The notes under the pieces are model-generated. The model made no database searches. It had not been told where the DNA came from and was given only the letters and a program-made list of their open reading frames with translations. A stretch of DNA of 39,726 bases from a virus (Duplodnaviria; Caudoviricetes): IMG/VR virus record IMGVR_UViG_3300037461_000129, positions 1-39,726 of that record; one strand, given 5' to 3'. Of this stretch, positions 34,529-39,726 are shown in pieces; position 1 is the first letter of the stretch, and each line of letters begins with the position of its first letter. Both the position numbers and the translations under genes were made by a program.

Positions 34529-36187
34529 GTGCAGAACCTGCAATCGCTGACCAACGCCGCGCTCGAGCTGCGCCTGCGGCGCACGGCCGCACAGGCCATG
34601 GCTGACGGGGATTGGGCCAAGGAACTGCAGGCCCGGCAACTGCTGGCTCAACTGATGAGTCCGGTGGACTATCAGTCGCAGGCGGCGCAGGGCATGGGTT
34701 CGCTGGAGGCGGGCGCGGTGGCGGCTGGCGCCGAGCTTGAGCGGCTGTGGACGGGCGCGCAGCGGCTCGCCGGTAAGGTGCTGGGCGACGAGGCCATGGT
34801 GGCCGGGAGCCGGGCGGCGGACGCCGAGCGGGCGGCAGCGATGGCGCCGGTGGAGGCCGAGCATCCGCTTGCCACCATGGTTGGCAACATGGTCCCCGGC
34901 ATGGCGATCCCCGGCGGTGCCGGCAAGACGCTCGTAGGCCGCGCCCTGGGGGCCGCAGCGGCCGGTACGGGCTACGAATGGCTCGGGTCGGGTGGTGACA
35001 TGGGCTTGGGCGACGCGGCCAAGATAGGGGCGCTCTCGGCCGCAGGGAGCGCCGCGGGCGATGTCGTCGGGCGCGGGCTCGCGGGCCACCCGCAGACGCG
35101 CGTGCTGGACCGGGCGGGCCCGGAGCATCGCCGGCTAGTGGCCGAGGCCGACCGCTTTGGCTGGGCGACCACGCCGGCCGAGCGGATGGACGCGCGCAAC
35201 CTGCGCAAGATCGAGGCGGGCTGGGAGCGGAACCCGTACATCGGCCGGGCCTTCGACGAGCTGCGGCAGGGCAATCAGGACAAGGCGAACCGGGTGGCGC
35301 TCGACGCCATCGGCGCCGGGCCGCGCATCGAGAAGCTCTCCGATGACATCTTGGACGAGGCGCACCAGCGCATCGGCGCCGAGATGCGCCGGGCGGCCGG
35401 GACGACGACGGTGGCGCTGGATCAGGACGTGTTGACCGGGCTGGCCAATCTCGCGGCGGACGTGAAAACGACGATTGCCAGCACGAACGGCGACGAGATC
35501 AACCGCATGGTGGACAAGTTCCTGGACCGGATGGGCAAGTCCGTGACCATGGACGTGGACGAGTACCTGAAGCAGGCGAGCGACTTGGCGACCAAGGCGC
35601 GCGATGCGTACCGGGCCGGCAAGTCGGACGTGAGCGTGGCGGCCTACCGCATGCGCGAGCTGCTCGACGATGCGTTCGAGCGGTCGTCGGGCGACCTGCC
35701 GGAACTGCAGGCGGCGCGCTCGCAGTGGCGGGCCCTGAAGGAGTTGGAAGCGCCGGGCGTCGTGCGGCAGGGCGATTTGTCCACGCCGACCCTGTACAAC
35801 AAGCTCAAGAAGCTGCAGGGAGGGCGGGTGCGCGGTGACCGGGACTTGGACGAGGCGGCCCGCCTGGGGCACTACTTCGGGCAGCAGGTGCCGAACTCCG
35901 GCACGCCGACCGGGATGGCCGGGCAGGCCATGCTGCAGGGCGGCCCGCGGTCCTACATCGCCGCCAAGATCGGCGATCTGATGGGCAATGCGTACTTGAG
36001 CCGGCTGGGCTCGGCCGCAGTCACGTCGCCGGGCCTGCTAGGCCTGCCGATGTCACTGACCGGCATGACCGGGCCGGTTACGGAAGGCCTGCTCAATGTG
36101 GTCCCGGCGCTCACGCAGCGGCTCGGGCGGCAGATGGGCGTCGAGGAAGCGACCCGCCCGCCGGATTATGGCCTACCGCTGTTCTAG
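34529..36187 (+). CDS. Large helical ejection / DNA transfer protein
   Basis: Ala/Gly-rich membrane-like segment and VPNSGTP motif; position at the end of the ejection cluster. Confidence 0.8.
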   Translation: MQNLQSLTNAALELRLRRTAAQAMADGDWAKELQARQLLAQLMSPVDYQSQAAQGMGSLEAGAVAAGAELERLWTGAQRLAGKVLGDEAMVAGSRAADAERAAAMAPVEAEHPLATMVGNMVPGMAIPGGAGKTLVGRALGAAAAGTGYEWLGSGGDMGLGDAAKIGALSAAGSAAGDVVGRGLAGHPQTRVLDRAGPEHRRLVAEADRFGWATTPAERMDARNLRKIEAGWERNPYIGRAFDELRQGNQDKANRVALDAIGAGPRIEKLSDDILDEAHQRIGAEMRRAAGTTTVALDQDVLTGLANLAADVKTTIASTNGDEINRMVDKFLDRMGKSVTMDVDEYLKQASDLATKARDAYRAGKSDVSVAAYRMRELLDDAFERSSGDLPELQAARSQWRALKELEAPGVVRQGDLSTPTLYNKLKKLQGGRVRGDRDLDEAARLGHYFGQQVPNSGTPTGMAGQAMLQGGPRSYIAAKIGDLMGNAYLSRLGSAAVTSPGLLGLPMSLTGMTGPVTEGLLNVVPALTQRLGRQMGVEEATRPPDYGLPLF

Positions 36188-36280
36188 CCGCCCGATCAGG
36201 ACGGCTATCACGACCTGCAGGACGTAGAGGGCCGCTGCCGCCACCGCCGGGGCGAGCAGCGCGATCAGGAACGCACGCAT
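36173..36280 (-). CDS. 35-aa antisense membrane peptide
   Basis: Manual translation MRAFLIALLAPAVAAAALYVLQVVIAVLIGRLEQR fills the gap between two plus-strand genes. Confidence 0.5.
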   Translation of the reverse strand: MRAFLIALLAPAVAAAALYVLQVVIAVLIGRLEQR

Positions 36281-36296
36281 TCCAGGAGCCTAGCAC

Positions 36297-38582
36297 ATGG
36301 CCGAGACGACGCGCGAAAAGCTTGCCCGCGAGATGACGCACTGGGCGCCCGTCGAGTCCGGCCCGCGCGTCCCGGAGTGGCTGGCCGATCTGGTGCGCGG
36401 CGCGTCCTATCTGCCGTACCGGCTGGCTGGCACGCCCACCGACCTGGGGCTGCTGTTCACCAACGCGGCGGGACTGACGGACCCCGACACGAAGTATGCC
36501 GGCTCGTCCGACTGGATCATTGATCTAGCGGCTAAGCACGGGCTCGCGGCGCCGCGGCGCGGGACCACTGGCGAGCTGATCGGCGACATTGGCGGGCAGA
36601 TCGCGATGCCGGGCGTGTCGCCGGCCGAGATGGGCGCCTATGCCAAAGCCCTGCCGTTCCTGCTCGGCACCTTCGGCGGCATGGGGGCCAAGACGGCGGA
36701 CACGGACAAGCTCGCCAAGGCGTTCGAGCTTGAGCAGGCTGGCAAGCCGATGCGCGAGGTGTGGCAGGAGACGGGCTGGTTCCGCGCGCCCTGGGACCAG
36801 AAGTGGCGGTTCGAGATCAATGACAAGGGGCTCGGCATTGTCGACGTTGACAGACTAGAAAGCCTGCCACCGGCGCGGCTTGTTGGCGATCAACCGCGAT
36901 ATGCAGAAGTCATTTCCCATAAGCGGGTGACGGATGCCTACCCGGAGATTGGGACAATCTACGTCGGAACCAGAAACACCGGGGGAGGATCTTACAAGGC
37001 GTTTCGGCCCACTGGCGTGAAATACAGCAACCCGGCGCTCGGCGAGATGGAAATCAATCTGAACGCCGGCCCGCTTGGAACTGAGGCAGGACCGCGCGGA
37101 ATCGGCTTGCACGAAACGCAGCACGCGATACAGGGTATCGAGGGGTTCGCGGCCGGCGGGAGTCCTGAATCAGTGGGGCCGCTTCTGAAGAATCAGGCTT
37201 ATGCGCTACGGCAAAAAGCATGGGAGAAATTTGACGAAGAACTAAAGGGTGTAGAAGGAGCGAGAGGGCAGGGCCTGGCCCTTGAGAAAGAAGCAAGGCG
37301 CTTAGAGGACCTGGCAACCATCGCTGAGTATGCCCCCCATCACATGTATCAGCGCCTAGCCGGCGAGGCCGAAGCCCGTCTAGTGCAGGCCCGCCGCGAC
37401 CTGACGCCAGAGATGCGCGGCCTGCTGTACCCGCTTGAGCAGATGGACACCATGCTCAAGCAGGAGGGCTTTGCCGGCGGGCTCGACGATCTGATCGTGC
37501 GCTACGGCGACGGGCCGGCGATGAGCGCACCGAAGATCGAGCGGTATGCCGGCGAAGTCACCTACCGGGCCGATCCCGACGAGTACGTTTACCACGTCAC
37601 CACGGCACCGAAGGCCAAGCGCATTCTCGAGAAGGGCTTTGACCCGAAGGCGGCCAAGACCGTCAAGGGCGGGTTCTATGAGAACTACAGCAAGGGGAAA
37701 GTGTTCTTCACCGACAAGGACGGGCTCGGGTTCTGGCGCGATCGGATCGAGGAGCATCTTGAGCAGGCCATGGACAACCCGCCAGAGTTGACTGTTCTGC
37801 GCGTCAAGAAGTCAGACCTGCCGGGGCTAAAGGCTGACGACGTTGGCACCAAGGATGCGCGGGCCGGTTCGTGGTATCTCGATGCTGCCGGACTAAAGGC
37901 CCCTGACCAGCGCGCCATGAGCATCCCCGACGAGCTGCCATCCTGGGCGCCGCCAGAGCGCCTAGCGCAGTGGCGCAATGCCAGGGAGAACGCCGCGCTG
38001 CCAGTCGAGCAGGGCGGGCTCGGCCTGGGGCCGGCGAACACGGCGGCGGAGCGGGCAAAGGCGGGCGGGTTTGAGGGCGGATGGGGTCATGGCTCTCCAT
38101 CGCCGGACATTACCGAGATTCGCGCGTCTGCTACTGGAGCAGAAGGCCCCGGCGGCTATGCCACGGACTTCCTTCCTGAGACGAGCTTCTATTCCGGCCT
38201 CAGCGAGGGGGCGACGGCCTATCCGCTGATGGTGCGGGCCGGCAGGGCGCTAGATGCCGGCATTGGCAATCCCTATGATCTGCTCGGCGCTGGCGACGAC
38301 GCCGACTTGCTGGCCAAGCTGCGCGCGACAGGGAATGACTCGATCCTACGTGAGCAGGGACCGACTTCCGAATGGCTGCTTCGCGCCGGGGTGCCGGACA
38401 TGCCGGCTCGGCGGCACTTCGTATCGAATGATCCGTCCGCGTTCCGCTCCCGCTTCGCTGCCTTTGACCCCCTGCGCCGCGACGAGGCCGATCTGCTCGC
38501 CTCCTGGCTACTGCCGCTGACGGTCGGCGGCGGCTTGCTCGGCGGCTATCTCGCCTATCCCGGCGCGTCTAACGCGGACTGA
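36297..38582 (+). CDS. Polyvalent protein: LPD23-like, zincin metallopeptidase and two ADP-ribosyltransferase-like domains
   Basis: TGWFR..DQKWRFEIND; LHETQHAIQ (HExxH) with YQRLAGEAEAR; VYHVT...ILEKGF...VFFT; WGHGS...GPGGYAT...RSRFAAFDP. Confidence 0.82.
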   Translation: MAETTREKLAREMTHWAPVESGPRVPEWLADLVRGASYLPYRLAGTPTDLGLLFTNAAGLTDPDTKYAGSSDWIIDLAAKHGLAAPRRGTTGELIGDIGGQIAMPGVSPAEMGAYAKALPFLLGTFGGMGAKTADTDKLAKAFELEQAGKPMREVWQETGWFRAPWDQKWRFEINDKGLGIVDVDRLESLPPARLVGDQPRYAEVISHKRVTDAYPEIGTIYVGTRNTGGGSYKAFRPTGVKYSNPALGEMEINLNAGPLGTEAGPRGIGLHETQHAIQGIEGFAAGGSPESVGPLLKNQAYALRQKAWEKFDEELKGVEGARGQGLALEKEARRLEDLATIAEYAPHHMYQRLAGEAEARLVQARRDLTPEMRGLLYPLEQMDTMLKQEGFAGGLDDLIVRYGDGPAMSAPKIERYAGEVTYRADPDEYVYHVTTAPKAKRILEKGFDPKAAKTVKGGFYENYSKGKVFFTDKDGLGFWRDRIEEHLEQAMDNPPELTVLRVKKSDLPGLKADDVGTKDARAGSWYLDAAGLKAPDQRAMSIPDELPSWAPPERLAQWRNARENAALPVEQGGLGLGPANTAAERAKAGGFEGGWGHGSPSPDITEIRASATGAEGPGGYATDFLPETSFYSGLSEGATAYPLMVRAGRALDAGIGNPYDLLGAGDDADLLAKLRATGNDSILREQGPTSEWLLRAGVPDMPARRHFVSNDPSAFRSRFAAFDPLRRDEADLLASWLLPLTVGGGLLGGYLAYPGASNAD

Positions 38583-38785
38583 ATCCGCGCGCTTTTCCGC
38601 TGTTTCGCGCGGCTCAGTTCAGGCAACCGTTAGACTCTGGCAGTGCAAACACGCCGTTACTAATCATGCGCTTTAGCGCGTTTCGTCGTTAGAACTACTG
38701 GTAAACCCTACTGCGTCCAGCCTGCCGCGCCATGATGAGGCGGGATCGCTGTCGCGCGGCCTAACAAATCCTGGGGTGTCTAACG
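38567..38785. other. Probable attP region
   Basis: Non-coding gap between convergent operons, with the repeated motif GTCTAACG in both orientations. Confidence 0.5.
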
Positions 38786-39058
38786 CCGCCTTGCTTCAAG
38801 CGCGCCTTTTGTCGCGGCGACAAGCTGCTCCAGCGTTTCGGCAGAGATGGCCCAGCGGTTGTCTCCTTGCAACGTGGGATCCAGCCAGCACTCCAGCAGG
38901 CTGGCGAGAATCTTGTTTTCCGCGCGCAACTCATCAATCTCGCGCGCCGCCGCCCACTCGCGCTCGTTCTTCGGCACCCGGCTGTCCATGAGTTCAGAAA
39001 TCAAATCGCTATGCGGCGTTGACTGATAGGCAGTCGGTTCTTTCTTCTCGTCGTTCAT
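38780..39058 (-). CDS. Hypothetical protein (EIDELR motif), last gene of the leftward operon
   Basis: GAGG RBS before ATG 39058; 92 aa. Confidence 0.7.
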   Translation of the reverse strand: MNDEKKEPTAYQSTPHSDLISELMDSRVPKNEREWAAAREIDELRAENKILASLLECWLDPTLQGDNRWAISAETLEQLVAATKGALEARRR

Positions 39059-39068
39059 CTTATCGGCC

Positions 39069-39726
39069 TCACCTTCGTAACAGAGCGTCGCGCGCACTCG
39101 CCTGAATGGCGCGGAATATCTCCAACGCAACCTGCGGCACTATGGCGTTGCCGAGCGCCTTAAGGGCCGGCACTCGACATCCAGCCACCCAGGCGGGTAA
39201 CCCATCATCCAGGCGACGAACAGCGGGTTGAGGCGCATCAGTCCAGCCTCGCCAGTCTGGCTGGTAACGACCTCGTTCAGCGGTCGCGCGTTGCGGTTCA
39301 GCGTCTCGTCCGATGCCTCTTCTGACTTCCAGTCGCGCTGCGTCGGCGTTGGCAGCATCCCCATCCACAACGCATCGGTCAGGGTGATCCCGTCGTGGTG
39401 CTGGCTGTCCGGTGATCTGCCGGCGGTCTTGTTTCGTGCCGCTCGAGAATCGCCGGCTGTCGGCGTTGGCAACAATCCACACTCGTTGCCTTCTGTGCGG
39501 CGCTCCGGCATGGACAGCACCCACCACGAGCGGCCAGCAGGCGTAGCCAAGCGATTCCAGGTCAGCGAGCACTTCGTCAGCCGCTGTAGTTCGCAGGCCA
39601 TGGACATTCTCAACGACGACCCACGCGGGTCGTGCCTCCGCGATGATTCGTGCGAACTGCGGCCAGAGGTGCCGTGCATCGTCGCGTCCCCGGCGACTGC
39701 CGGCGACCGAGTGCGGCTGGCAGGGG
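39069..39726 (-). CDS. C5 DNA methyltransferase, C-terminal part (joins 1-519)
   Basis: Frame is open from the window end: PCQ, ENVHG, HRRQRVWIVA and motif X LKALGNAIVPQVA. Confidence 0.93.
   Translation of the reverse strand, partial: PCQPHSVAGSRRGRDDARHLWPQFARIIAEARPAWVVVENVHGLRTTAADEVLADLESLGYACWPLVVGAVHAGAPHRRQRVWIVANADSRRFSSGTKQDRRQITGQPAPRRDHPDRCVVDGDAANADAARLEVRRGIGRDAEPQRATAERGRYQPDWRGWTDAPQPAVRRLDDGLPAWVAGCRVPALKALGNAIVPQVALEIFRAIQASARDALLRR
39140..39511 (-). CDS. Overprinted alternative-frame ORF, putative second (beta-like) methyltransferase polypeptide; start may lie further upstream
   Basis: LLPTPTAGD and MLPTPTQRD repeats plus motif IX-like RLNPLFVAWMMGYPPGW, nested in the +1 frame. 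Confidence 0.72.
   Translation of the reverse strand: MPERRTEGNECGLLPTPTAGDSRAARNKTAGRSPDSQHHDGITLTDALWMGMLPTPTQRDWKSEEASDETLNRNARPLNEVVTSQTGEAGLMRLNPLFVAWMMGYPPGWLDVECRPLRRSATP
39411..39726. repeat. Terminal direct repeat, copy 2
   Basis: Matches 1-316 with 8 substitutions. Confidence 0.97.

Noticed and set aside
38583-38780. tRNA or tmRNA fragment as the att core, or an ncRNA
   Set aside because: No T-loop or CCA pattern is visible. The GC hairpins (38585-38612, 38724-38760) are weak and lack U-tracts.
39411-39726. Imperfect 316-bp repeat as a diversity-generating retroelement TR/VR pair
   Set aside because: The mismatches are not adenine-specific on either strand, no reverse transcriptase is present, and the copies sit exactly at the contig ends.
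1-39726. Stop-codon reassignment
   Set aside because: Genes tile densely under the standard code, and TGA, TAG and TAA all end recognisable proteins.

Overview
The window looks like a complete temperate phage genome of about 39.4 kb, high in GC and circularly closed. Bases 1-316 repeat at 39411-39726 with 8 mismatches. The layout is lambdoid with a short-tailed (podovirus-type) virion module. The leftward early operon carries ERF, YqaJ exonuclease, an SSB-like gene, a Lar-like gene, a run of small related genes, xis, a tyrosine integrase and a C5 DNA methyltransferase that crosses the contig junction. A cI/cro switch shows four 17-bp operators. It is followed by an iteron-bearing replication initiator, helicase, RusA, a Q-like gene and a pR'/tR'-like late promoter. 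The late operon runs terminase, portal, lysis, scaffold, capsid, tail, ejection proteins and a polyvalent protein. The most unusual items are: (1) a methyltransferase whose specificity region and motif IX appear to be overprinted in a second reading frame; (2) a circularly permuted GH73/FlgJ-type peptidoglycan hydrolase on an ejection protein; (3) a glycosyltransferase and an FkbM methyltransferase embedded among head genes; (4) a gene cassette bounded by 26-bp direct repeats made of gene junctions; (5) a self-promoted small-protein insert before the late promoter. All family calls are by-eye motif recognition, not database results. The host cannot be determined beyond a probable proteobacterium.
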